Source: Eubacteriales bacterium (GTDB lineage: Bacteria > Bacillota > Clostridia > Oscillospirales > CAG-272). Taken from it: DNA of 64,000 nucleotides. The stretch is taken from the NCBI GenBank assembly GCA_045594785.1, contig JAZNZE010000001.1:264-64263 (forward strand), given 5' to 3'. Below are positions 39,800 through 48,520 of this stretch, one piece after another. Under the pieces are notes generated by a model. It saw only the letters and a list, made by a program, of their open reading frames with translations, ran no database searches and was not told the DNA's origin. Each line of letters opens with the position of its first letter. The stretch's first letter is position 1. The translations under genes were made by a program, and so were the position numbers.

Positions 39800-40936
39800 A
39801 TGAAAAAGCTTATAAAAACAGGTAACGAACAAAAACCGGACCTCTCCCTATTCATACTTACAACGGTTTTGGCTATTTGGGGAACTGTAATGATTTTCAG
39901 CGCAGGAAGCGCCTACGCTTACGCGCGGTACGGTGACGGTGCATATTTCATAAAGAAACAGATTGTTTGGCTTATTATTGGATTTACCGTACTGCTCGCA
40001 GCATCGAAAATTCCGGTAAAAATTTATAAAAAAGCAACGCCACTTCTTTATTTGATAACGCTTCTTCTGTTAGTCCTGGTATTAGTCGTAGGATTTGTAG
40101 GAAACGGTGCCAAACGCTGGATTTCAATCGGACCTATTACAATTCAGCCGTCAGAAATAGCAAAAATAACCATTATTATGATGCTGGCATATTACTTTTC
40201 GAAATACGAGCACCTCGCTCTATCCGAAAAGAAAAAGAAGGAAATATTCAAATACGGAACGCTTTTCCCCGCACTTATATTTTTGATTCCAATAATTCTC
40301 GTTATGCTTCAGAAGCATCTATCGTGCATAATAATTCTCGGACTTATAGGACTGTGTATGACCGTCTGTGCAGGGGTAAATTTAAAATACATATCGTTTT
40401 TTTGCGGTATTGGTGGCTGCGGTGTAGCAGCACTTGCTCTATTCACCGATTACACGAAAGAAAGAATTATGGTTTGGAGAAATCCGGAAGCGTATAAGCT
40501 CACAGGAGGCTGGCAAACGCTCCAAGGCCTTATGGCAATCGGCTCGGGCGGTGTATTTGGTGTGGGGCTCGGAAAAAGTGTTATGAAGCATTGCTACGTT
40601 TCCGAGCCGGCAAATGATATGATTTTCGCCATTCTATGCGAGGAAACGGGCTTAATCGGCGCTGTATGCACGCTACTACTCTTCTTTTTACTGATTTTTC
40701 GGGGAATTATAATCTCACTTAAAGCCGAATCGGTATACGAAAGGCTGGTTGCATTCGGAATAAGTGCAAAGATGGCAATTCAAGTCCTTCTGAACGTAGC
40801 GGTAGTAACGAACAGCATTCCAAACACGGGTATTTCCCTGCCTTTTTTCAGCTATGGAGGTTCTTCTCTGCTTATGATTTTTTTTGAAATGGGGCTTCTT
40901 CTCTCGATTTCAAGAAACGCAAAAATTGTAAAGTAA
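39800..40936 (+). CDS. ftsW: SEDS-family peptidoglycan glycosyltransferase FtsW/SpoVE
   Basis: 378-aa polytopic protein. C-terminal NTGISLPFFSYGGSS motif. Starts 1 nt after the mraY stop, with no murD in between. Confidence 0.85.
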   Translation: MKKLIKTGNEQKPDLSLFILTTVLAIWGTVMIFSAGSAYAYARYGDGAYFIKKQIVWLIIGFTVLLAASKIPVKIYKKATPLLYLITLLLLVLVLVVGFVGNGAKRWISIGPITIQPSEIAKITIIMMLAYYFSKYEHLALSEKKKKEIFKYGTLFPALIFLIPIILVMLQKHLSCIIILGLIGLCMTVCAGVNLKYISFFCGIGGCGVAALALFTDYTKERIMVWRNPEAYKLTGGWQTLQGLMAIGSGGVFGVGLGKSVMKHCYVSEPANDMIFAILCEETGLIGAVCTLLLFFLLIFRGIIISLKAESVYERLVAFGISAKMAIQVLLNVAVVTNSIPNTGISLPFFSYGGSSLLMIFFEMGLLLSISRNAKIVK

Positions 40937-40973
40937 AAATTTGTAAAAGCCGTTATAGGCAGAATGGAGAAAA

Positions 40974-42080
40974 ATGAAAGTAATAATTTGCGGCGGCGGT
41001 ACGGTAGGTCATCTAACACCGGGTATTTCGATTGCGGAAATAATTACAAGAAAAGAAAAGGACAGCAAAATTCTTTTTATAGGAAGAGAAAACGGAGAGG
41101 AAAACGAAGTTATAACAAAAAAAGGCTTCAATCTCAAAACGTTAAGAATTGCTTATTTTCAAAGACGGATTACCGGCAAAAACTTAAGGACAATAGCTAT
41201 CTTATCAAAAGCCGTCAGAGAAGCAAAGGCTATCATAAAATCCGAATCTCCGGACGCCGTAATAGGAACGGGCGGATACGTATGCTGGCCGGTTATAAAG
41301 GCTGCGCAAAGACTTAAAATTCCAACGATTCTGCACGAATCGAATTTTTCTCCCGGACTTGCCACAAAAATGCTTGCTTCACGCTGCGATAAGGTAATGC
41401 TTCATTTTTCACAAAGCGAAGTCAATTTCAAGCGTAAAGACAATCTCGTGACAGTGGGAAATCCCTTGCCGGAATCCTTTTCCAAAATTACAAGGGAGGA
41501 AGCGCGAAAAAAGCTGAAGCTTTTAAAAAACGATTTCTTTATCCTTTCTTTCGGAGGCAGCGGAGGAGCGGAAAAAATAAACGAAAACGTAATATCGCTT
41601 ATGAAAAGCTACTCTACAAAAAAAGCCGAAGTAAAACACCTTCATGCCTGCGGAAAAAAATATTTAGCAAAAATAAAAAATGAAAACGAACAGCTGGTAA
41701 GAGGAGTAAACGGTTGTAAGATAGTTCCGTTTATAGATGAAATGCCGCTATATATGAAGGCGGCGGATGCCGTTATATCAAGATGCGGTGCGATGACGCT
41801 ATCTGAAATAGTAGAATGCGGAAGTATATCTATTCTTATCCCATCGCCAAACGTTACGAACAACCATCAGTATAAGAATGCAAAAATTTTTACAGACAGC
41901 GGTGCTGCACTTATGATAGAAGAAAGCGAGCTTAACGAAAGAACTCTTTTGGACGCTGTAAGATATCTAAAAAACAACAGGGGTATACGCGAAAATATGA
42001 AAAAACAGCTCTCATCTTTCAAAGCGCCGGATACTAAAGAAATAATTTACGATGTAATAAAAAACGCGGCAAAATCTTAA
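40974..42080 (+). CDS. murG: undecaprenyldiphospho-muramoylpentapeptide beta-N-acetylglucosaminyltransferase
   Basis: GGGTVGHLTPGISIAE N-terminal motif and GT28 architecture. Confidence 0.9.
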   Translation: MKVIICGGGTVGHLTPGISIAEIITRKEKDSKILFIGRENGEENEVITKKGFNLKTLRIAYFQRRITGKNLRTIAILSKAVREAKAIIKSESPDAVIGTGGYVCWPVIKAAQRLKIPTILHESNFSPGLATKMLASRCDKVMLHFSQSEVNFKRKDNLVTVGNPLPESFSKITREEARKKLKLLKNDFFILSFGGSGGAEKINENVISLMKSYSTKKAEVKHLHACGKKYLAKIKNENEQLVRGVNGCKIVPFIDEMPLYMKAADAVISRCGAMTLSEIVECGSISILIPSPNVTNNHQYKNAKIFTDSGAALMIEESELNERTLLDAVRYLKNNRGIRENMKKQLSSFKAPDTKEIIYDVIKNAAKS

Positions 42081-42209
42081 CAAAAAAACGGTTTCTGCCA
42101 CAATATATCTAAAAATATCTAAAAAAATATTTTTATTGCATTTTCTGCCTGCAAATAAAGTCGAAATCGGCGAAAAAATGTGAACATTGGTTCATAATTT
42201 AAAAATATC

Positions 42210-42238
42210 TTGAAAATATTTATATTTCCCTTTATAAT
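42210..42238 (+). promoter_or_regulatory. putative ftsZ promoter
   Basis: TTGAAA at 42210-42215, 17-nt spacer, TATAAT at 42233-42238. RBS GGAGG lies 8 nt before ATG 42286. Confidence 0.45.
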
Positions 42239-42285
42239 ATATACTAGAATAAGTATAATATTTTAAAATATTTGGAGGTATAATA

Positions 42286-43557
42286 ATGGAATTCGATTTC
42301 GAACCCACATATGATAGCGGTGTAAATATAAAAGTTATTGGCGTAGGCGGAGGCGGAAACAATGCGGTAAACCGTATGATTTCCACAAACATAAGAGGCG
42401 TTGAGTTTATTTCTATAAATACCGACAGCCAGGTTCTTAATTCCTCTTGCGCGGCAAAAAAGCTCATAATCGGTGATAAAATAACGAGAGGAAAAGGCGC
42501 AGGCTCTAATCCCGAGGTAGGTAAGCGCAGCGCAGAAGAATCAATCGAAGAAGTAAAAGCACTCCTCGAAGGCGCTGATATGGTGTTTATTACTGCCGGA
42601 ATGGGAGGCGGAACAGGCACCGGAGCAGCTCCCGTAATCGCAAAAGCGGCACGTGAGCTTGGAATACTCACGGTAGGCATTGTAACCAAGCCCTTTGCAT
42701 TTGAAGGTCAGAGACGAGCAAAGCAAGCCGAGCTTGGTATAGCTGAGCTTTCAAAGTTTGTTGACTCTCTTATCGTTATCCCTAACGAGAGACTGAAGCA
42801 GGTGGAAGACAGACATATCACTCTTGCGAACGCGTTTGAAATAGCGGACGATGTTCTCCGCCGCGGAGTATACTCTGTATCAACCCTTATAAACGTGCCC
42901 GGTTTTATTAACCTTGACTTTGCGGACGTTACCACGATCATGAAGAACGCAGGCTACGCGCACATGGGCGTAGGTTCTGCTAAAGGTGAGGACAAGGCTC
43001 AGCTTGCGGCAATGGCAGCAATCTCCTCTCCCCTTCTCGAGACCAGCATAACCGGTGCAATGGGTGTGCTTGTAAGCATTACCGCATCCGAAAATATTCA
43101 GCTTGATGAAATCGAAGCAGCGTCTCAGATGATATATGACGAAGCTCATCCCGATGCAAACATCATATGGGGAGCTGCATTCGACCCCAACCTCGATGAC
43201 GAGATGAGAGTTACCATAATAGCTACGGGATTTGACCAGGTCAGAACTACCGAAGCTACAGAAAACAAGGTTGTGACAACAATGGCTAAGCCTGAAGCTG
43301 TATCCCCTGCAGCAGAAAATCTTACCAATGAAAAAAATGAAGAAGAAATCGCTGTAGCCGAAGAAAAAACTACGGAGACCCCTGCACCCGCAGTTGTTAA
43401 TAAAGCATACGAAGAGCCCTCATACCAGGAGCCTGTTTATACGGCACCCGCTACTCCCACGATCGTCAACACTATTCCTTCAAGAGATTCTGCAGAAGAA
43501 GATATTAAGGGATATGAAGAAATAATTTTCAATTGCATTAAGAAAACCAAGAAATAA
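42286..43557 (+). CDS. ftsZ: cell division protein FtsZ
   Basis: GVGGGGNNAVNRM and AGMGGGTGTGAAP tubulin signature. Long Pro/Ala/Glu-rich linker and a C-terminal peptide. Confidence 0.95.
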   Translation: MEFDFEPTYDSGVNIKVIGVGGGGNNAVNRMISTNIRGVEFISINTDSQVLNSSCAAKKLIIGDKITRGKGAGSNPEVGKRSAEESIEEVKALLEGADMVFITAGMGGGTGTGAAPVIAKAARELGILTVGIVTKPFAFEGQRRAKQAELGIAELSKFVDSLIVIPNERLKQVEDRHITLANAFEIADDVLRRGVYSVSTLINVPGFINLDFADVTTIMKNAGYAHMGVGSAKGEDKAQLAAMAAISSPLLETSITGAMGVLVSITASENIQLDEIEAASQMIYDEAHPDANIIWGAAFDPNLDDEMRVTIIATGFDQVRTTEATENKVVTTMAKPEAVSPAAENLTNEKNEEEIAVAEEKTTETPAPAVVNKAYEEPSYQEPVYTAPATPTIVNTIPSRDSAEEDIKGYEEIIFNCIKKTKK

Positions 43558-43562
43558 TTTTT

Positions 43563-43600
43563 AACCGCTATACGTGAAAAGTATGTATAGCGGTTTTCTA
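43563..43600 (+). terminator. ftsZ rho-independent terminator
   Basis: Perfect 11-bp stem AACCGCTATAC (43563-43573) / GTATAGCGGTT (43585-43595), followed by a T-rich tract. Confidence 0.7.
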
Positions 43601-43759
43601 TTCTTTCAAAAATACATTTTTCCGTTCTATCTTTTCAACGTCCATTTTTACGCATTATATTTTTCCGCTTATTCATTTTTCACGCAAAACAGAGCTTTTT
43701 GGGCACTTTTAAGGCTTTTTTTAGCAAAACAACGGAATTATGTAGATTTTTCAAAAAAG

Positions 43760-43920
43760 TTTTCCATATGCTTTTTTTCGTTTTCCACACATTTTCCACA
43801 TCTATCAACATTGAAATTGGAAGTTTTCCACCGATTTCAATACGAAATATATTGCCTCTCGGAAAAATATATTTTGTAAAAACCAATAAAAAAGGATTGC
43901 ATCATTCGGAGATTTCCACA
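43760..43920 (+). promoter_or_regulatory. cluster of five same-orientation DnaA-box-like 9-mers in non-coding DNA
   Basis: TTTTCCATA at 43760-43768. TTTTCCACA at 43781-43789. TTTTCCACA at 43792-43800. TTTTCCACC at 43824-43832. ATTTCCACA at 43912-43920. The consensus is TTATCCACA. The two best boxes are 11 bp apart. Confidence 0.4.
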
Positions 43921-43949
43921 TCGGTCATCTGCCATAATGCAATCCTTTT
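43890..43949 (-). terminator. long-loop hairpin terminator after the mreB-like/small-ORF unit
   Basis: 13-bp perfect inverted repeat AAAAGGATTGCAT (43890-43902) / ATGCAATCCTTTT (43937-43949) with a 34-nt loop. A U-run follows on the minus strand. Confidence 0.5.
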
Positions 43950-43962
43950 AATTCGTCTTAGT

Positions 43963-44061
43963 TTACTGAAGATAAGCCATTACCATAAAAACAACACTCG
44001 CAATCATCAGAAGTGCAAGCAGTAATGCCATACCCTTCGCAAACATACCGTTCTTCTTCAT
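43963..44061 (-). CDS. possible 32-aa single-TM peptide (MKKNGMFAKGMALLLALLMIASVVFMVMAYLQ)
   Basis: Not in the ORF track because it is too short. ATG at 44061 with a weak AAAGGA RBS, 45 nt downstream of the mreB-like gene. A hydrophobic core follows a basic N-terminus, and a terminator follows the ORF. No homology evidence is available. Confidence 0.3.
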   Translation of the reverse strand: MKKNGMFAKGMALLLALLMIASVVFMVMAYLQ

Positions 44062-44106
44062 AAAATATCCTTTCCGCCTGAATTGTTGCTTTTCAAAGCT
44101 ATCTTT

Positions 44107-45141
44107 TTATTTCTGACTTTTTTTAGTTTCGTAAAACTTAGCTAATTGTGACGTTATATTCTTACTCGCGGATTTTTTCTTAACCGGCAAAAAGGTATGT
44201 ATCCTTGAAAGCCCCTTAGCCACCGAATCTATCGCGCCGTTCGGCTTAGTGACCGTAATTCCAAGCACCTTTTCAATCATCGTATCAAATCCGTAAAGCT
44301 CTGAAGCACCGCCGGTTAAAACTATACCGTTATCAAAAATATCATTGACGTATTCCATCGGGATACGCTTTATAGCATTCGCAAGAGCTACGAGAAATTG
44401 CTGCAACGGTTTTTCAAATACGCCTACCACGTCTTCCGTTGATATCGACATTTTAACCTTGCTTCCCGTAAGTGAAAGCGTTCCTTCGATATCTATGCTT
44501 TCTGATTCCCTTCCCTGCCATACAGCGCCAAGACGCTCCTTTATGGTTCTTGCAACAAGAAGCGAGATATTCATATCACCCTGTTCAAGAATATACTGCT
44601 TTATGGCTTTATCAAAATCCTCGCCGCCAACCTGAGCGCGTTCCGCTATGATAATATCACCCTTGTGGATAACCGCAATCTCAGTTGAAGCCGCACCTAT
44701 ATTAACCGATATGGCGCTTATAGTCGGCGCGTATCCTGCGCCTATAAGAGCCGCTATCGAACGGTTTACGGAAAAGGATTCGTTTACGCCCGCAGCCTCC
44801 AGCATAGCAAAGATTTCCGATTCCTGCCTTGCAAGCATGTCCGAGGGTAATCCGATAATGCATCTTAATTTTTCAGCAGGCTTTACTGCGCTGACAACGT
44901 TTTCGATAATTTCTCTTGTAAGCTCTGAAGAATAAAGTAAACCGTTTTTAAATGGTCTTACAAGTATTCCAAGGTCTCGAGCTTCGCCTTCATCACCCAA
45001 AGCTGCTTTTGCACCGACAGCGAGAACGCGACGTGTACTCTTATCCACCAAAACCACGGATGGCTCGCGGTATATATCAGCTATTGCGTTTGATAATGTT
45101 ATATTTGCGTAACCAAGGTCAATTCCGATTTTTGTAACCAT
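44107..45141 (-). CDS. divergent MreB-like actin-fold protein
   Basis: 344 aa. IGIDLGYANITL, EPSVVLV, RPFKNGLL, NRSIAALIGAG, NIGAASTEIAVI, VGGEDFDKAI and LTGGASELYGFD are collinear with the MreB motifs. The phosphate-binding motifs are degenerate. Basic C-terminal tail. Confidence 0.75.
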   Translation of the reverse strand: MVTKIGIDLGYANITLSNAIADIYREPSVVLVDKSTRRVLAVGAKAALGDEGEARDLGILVRPFKNGLLYSSELTREIIENVVSAVKPAEKLRCIIGLPSDMLARQESEIFAMLEAAGVNESFSVNRSIAALIGAGYAPTISAISVNIGAASTEIAVIHKGDIIIAERAQVGGEDFDKAIKQYILEQGDMNISLLVARTIKERLGAVWQGRESESIDIEGTLSLTGSKVKMSISTEDVVGVFEKPLQQFLVALANAIKRIPMEYVNDIFDNGIVLTGGASELYGFDTMIEKVLGITVTKPNGAIDSVAKGLSRIHTFLPVKKKSASKNITSQLAKFYETKKSQK

Positions 45142-45236
45142 ACGCCGCTCCTTTCTGTCATATTATCTAATTGTATCATATTTTTACAGGAAATTCAAGT
45201 ATATTTTTAAAATGCAATAATATTTTACATAATTTT

Positions 45237-47450
45237 TCAGCTGCATAAATCAATTATTCGATAGGAAAGTGTTGTGTATCTCATTATCTCTCGGTTATTT
45301 TGAACCATTTTATGAGGGATATCGGTTCTTCCTACGAGAATTACCATTTTTTTAGCTCTCGTCACCGCCGTATAAAATAGATTTCTGGTCATAAGCATCG
45401 GCGCGCAATAATACATAGGAATGATAACAACGGGATATTCACTTCCCTGACTTTTATGTACGGTAATTGCGTACGCGAGATCAAGCTCATCGCAAAGCTC
45501 GAACGAATACCTGGCAATACGGTCGTCAAACCTTATGCGCATTTCTTCCTTGGATAAATCGATTTCCTCGATAAAGCCAATATCACCGTTAAAAATCCCC
45601 ATTCCAACGGCTCCGTTTTTTTCCCATTCTATCTCATAATTATTTGACGTCTGCATAACCTTGTCCCCCTCTCGGAAAACAAGATCACCTTTTTTGATTT
45701 CCTTTTTAAACTTTTGTGGAGGATTTATACGGAGCTGAAGCTCTGCGTTAAGCACAGCTACCCCTCCGTAACCTTTTTTGGAAGGTGTTATTATCTGAAT
45801 TTCGTCACGAATATTTTTGCCGTAGGTTTTTGGAAGACGCTCCATTATGAGATCCGCAACGGTTTTTGCTATTTCGGTTTCCATCTCTCGCCGCACAAAA
45901 AAGAAATCGTTTTTGGTGTCGTTGAGTATCGGATCGTCACCTGCATTTATCTTGTGAGCGTTTGTAACTATAAGGCTTTCTCTTGACTGACGGAAAATTT
46001 CGGTCAAAGCAACCGTTTTAATGCTTTTTGAGGCTATTAAATCCGCGAGCACGTTTCCTGCTCCAACGCTTGGCAGCTGGTCGGCGTCTCCTATTATAAT
46101 CAGCCGCGCTCCCCGCTTAATTGCTCTGAAAAGAGCTGCCATAAGCGCAAGATCTATCATAGAAGCCTCGTCAACTATTATCACAGCTTCGTCAATCGGA
46201 TTTCTTACATTTCTGCCGAACTTCATTTCCCCATCCATTCCACGCTCCATTTCGAGCATACGGTGAATGGTTTTTGCTTCCTTACCGGTCGCCTCGCTAA
46301 GTCGCTTTGCCGCTCTGCCGGTAGGTGCTGAAAGCACGCACTTAAGCCCCAGGCTTGCATAAACCGAAAGAAGCCCTTTTACGACTGTTGTTTTACCGGT
46401 ACCGGGGCCACCGGTAAGTATAAGTAAGCTTCCGCTTATTGCCTCAAAAAGCGCTTCCCTCTGAAGCGCTGCGTATCTTACTCCGAATTTAGCCTCAACT
46501 CCGGCTATAAGCGAATATACGTCATCGGTTCCTATATAGCTCATCGAAGACTGCATTTCAAATATTCTTTTAGCTATATATTTCTCATCATCAGATACCG
46601 AGTTTTTCATTACGTATAGCTCTGAATCCCTGAGAAAAGAGGAAAACTCATCCCTCTCCAAAAACAGCGTAAGAAAATCACCTGCAACGCTCTCGGCTAT
46701 TCCCAAAATTTGAGAAGCAGCTCCTATCAGCTTGTCCATTGGCAAGCAGGTATGGCCGTTCGCTTGCGCATTATAAGAAAGAGCGTATTCTATACCTGCA
46801 CGTACCCTATTCTCATTTTCAGGCTCAATATCAAGCGACTTGGCAATTTCATCAGCAATTTCAAAAGAAATCGCAAGCTCCTCCGAGCAAAGCACGTACG
46901 GATTTTCTTTAATAATTCCGATTGCTCCCGCACCGAACCTTTTATATACCTTCGTAACGTCACCTTTACCCATATAGTCTTTGCAGAACATCATAACTCC
47001 GCGAATTTCGGACTGCTCCCTGAACGATTCGGAAATAGCGGCTGCTTTTTTCATTGTGATGCCGGGAATATCCGCAAGCCATTCCGGATGGTTTTCCATA
47101 ACGTCAAAGGTTTCACTGCCAAATCTGTTTACTATCTTCAAGGCAGTTACAGGCCCTACACCCTTTACTGTTTTCGAAGATAAATACTGCAATATGCCGT
47201 CCACGTCATCAGGCATCGTTTTTTCAAAGGTTTCAAAGGCGAACTGCCTGCCGAATTCCTTGTGAAACGTGTAGCTTCCGACAAGAGTTACCTTCTCACC
47301 TTCAAAAGCCATTGGCATAATTCCGACAGCGGTAATGAGCGTACTGTCGTCTACTACAATCTCAAGAACGGTATAATCATTATTATCGTTATGATAGACT
47401 ACGTTTTCTATAACGCCGTTTACTTTAATACTTTCGTTACTACCGTTCAT
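45237..47450 (-). CDS. recD2: SF1B ATP-dependent RecD-like DNA helicase
   Basis: 737 aa. N-terminal OB/HhH region. Walker A GGPGTGKTT, Walker B IIVDEASM. The C-terminal AITVHKSQGSEYP motif is typical of RecD2. Confidence 0.9.
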   Translation of the reverse strand: MNGSNESIKVNGVIENVVYHNDNNDYTVLEIVVDDSTLITAVGIMPMAFEGEKVTLVGSYTFHKEFGRQFAFETFEKTMPDDVDGILQYLSSKTVKGVGPVTALKIVNRFGSETFDVMENHPEWLADIPGITMKKAAAISESFREQSEIRGVMMFCKDYMGKGDVTKVYKRFGAGAIGIIKENPYVLCSEELAISFEIADEIAKSLDIEPENENRVRAGIEYALSYNAQANGHTCLPMDKLIGAASQILGIAESVAGDFLTLFLERDEFSSFLRDSELYVMKNSVSDDEKYIAKRIFEMQSSMSYIGTDDVYSLIAGVEAKFGVRYAALQREALFEAISGSLLILTGGPGTGKTTVVKGLLSVYASLGLKCVLSAPTGRAAKRLSEATGKEAKTIHRMLEMERGMDGEMKFGRNVRNPIDEAVIIVDEASMIDLALMAALFRAIKRGARLIIIGDADQLPSVGAGNVLADLIASKSIKTVALTEIFRQSRESLIVTNAHKINAGDDPILNDTKNDFFFVRREMETEIAKTVADLIMERLPKTYGKNIRDEIQIITPSKKGYGGVAVLNAELQLRINPPQKFKKEIKKGDLVFREGDKVMQTSNNYEIEWEKNGAVGMGIFNGDIGFIEEIDLSKEEMRIRFDDRIARYSFELCDELDLAYAITVHKSQGSEYPVVIIPMYYCAPMLMTRNLFYTAVTRAKKMVILVGRTDIPHKMVQNNREIMRYTTLSYRIIDLCS

Positions 47451-47525
47451 AAGACCTCTCCTTTATTTTTTCGCTTATATTATAACAAATTTTATTTTCT
47501 TTGGCAATAGAAAAATCCGTCTAAT

Positions 47526-48413
47526 TTATTGAATTATCGAATTTTTATATTCCGTTGGCGTCATATTGGTTATGTTTTTAAAGAATTTTGAAAAATACTG
47601 CGGATTATCAAATCCAAGCTTATCTGCAATTTGCGAAAAGCTGTATTCTCCCTTTCGGATAAGCTTTTTCGCCTCTTCCGCCTTTCTCTTATTGTAGTAA
47701 TTTATTATACCGCCGCTATAGTAAATCGAAAATTCCTTTTTCAGAAGACTTTCGCTTATACCGAAACGAAGCGATATATCCGATATCGTTATTTTCCCGT
47801 ATATATTCTCGTTAAGATAATCGACTACCGATTTTATTCTTATGGGGATATTAACTCCGTCAACAGTGAACTGCCTTCGGCTCTCTTTAGAGAAAATGTC
47901 GGTATTTCTGCGAAGCTTTATAAGAAATATTTCAAGCAAATTCTTTATCATCTGCTCATATCCAAACGGAGCTGAAGGCTTTACCTTCATGCTCTGCACG
48001 AGAGGGTCTGTTTCGTTTTCTTTTGCAAGTGAGACAAGACCCTCGGAAAAAAGCATAGATAAAAGCCCCTTCTCTTCCGCATTTAAACGAAATATTTTTC
48101 CTTCAAAGTAATCCATCTCGTCTCCAAAGCAATCAAACGTAAGGACGCTTATATTAGAGCTGTTTCTTCCGTTTCCGGAAAGATTATGATATTCGTCAGG
48201 CTTATGAAAGGTCAGCTCACCGCTTTTTAATATGAACTGCTTTTTTCCGGCAGTACATATCATTTCCCCTTTATCAATATAAACCATTTCCCAAAAATTA
48301 TGGCTTTCTCCCCCGTAAGAAAAATCCTTGGGAATCTCCATATAAAAAAGCGTTATAAGGTCTTTAGCCGAAAAGGAATTGTGAAATTCAATTCTTGTAA
48401 ATTTATCACTCAT
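47526..48413 (-). CDS. AraC-family transcriptional regulator
   Basis: Start at ATG 48413 (MSDKFTRIEF) behind GAGG; the tracked start is a TTG. Cupin N-domain and C-terminal HTH (FSQIADKLGFDNPQYFSKFFKNITNMTPTEY). Divergent from the 48521-52044 operon. Confidence 0.85.
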   Translation of the reverse strand: MSDKFTRIEFHNSFSAKDLITLFYMEIPKDFSYGGESHNFWEMVYIDKGEMICTAGKKQFILKSGELTFHKPDEYHNLSGNGRNSSNISVLTFDCFGDEMDYFEGKIFRLNAEEKGLLSMLFSEGLVSLAKENETDPLVQSMKVKPSAPFGYEQMIKNLLEIFLIKLRRNTDIFSKESRRQFTVDGVNIPIRIKSVVDYLNENIYGKITISDISLRFGISESLLKKEFSIYYSGGIINYYNKRKAEEAKKLIRKGEYSFSQIADKLGFDNPQYFSKFFKNITNMTPTEYKNSIIQ

Positions 48414-48520
48414 AGAAATTACCTCGTGACCGATTTTATAAATATTATATCCGATTTTACACTCCAATGCAAGAATTATATGATAAAATATTTTTAGAAA
48501 TATTTTTATGGAGGTTTTTT

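Noticed and set aside
40964-41317. 117-aa Arg/Lys-rich ORF in another frame at the 5' end of murG.
   Set aside because: It lies entirely inside the well-supported murG frame (GGGTVGHLTPG motif) and has a low-complexity basic composition. It is a frame artefact.
42192-42689. 165-aa minus-strand ORF antisense to the ftsZ 5' region.
   Set aside because: Its Pro/Ala/Ile-rich sequence is the mirror image of the Gly-rich FtsZ tubulin motifs. This is a shadow ORF.
43760-43920. Calling the DnaA-box-like cluster a replication origin (oriC).
   Set aside because: There is no dnaA/dnaN nearby, no recognisable unwinding element or DnaA-trio was identified by eye, and all boxes deviate from the consensus by 1-2 positions. 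It is reported only as a box cluster that needs genome-wide statistics.
43574-44025. Tracked ORFs of 101 aa (+), 108 aa (+) and 68 aa (-) in the ftsZ-mreB-like intergenic region.
   Set aside because: They are Phe/Leu/Lys-rich, low-complexity translations of AT-rich DNA. They have no Shine-Dalgarno sequence, and the 68-aa ORF starts at a TTG. They overlap terminator hairpins. The region is treated as non-coding.
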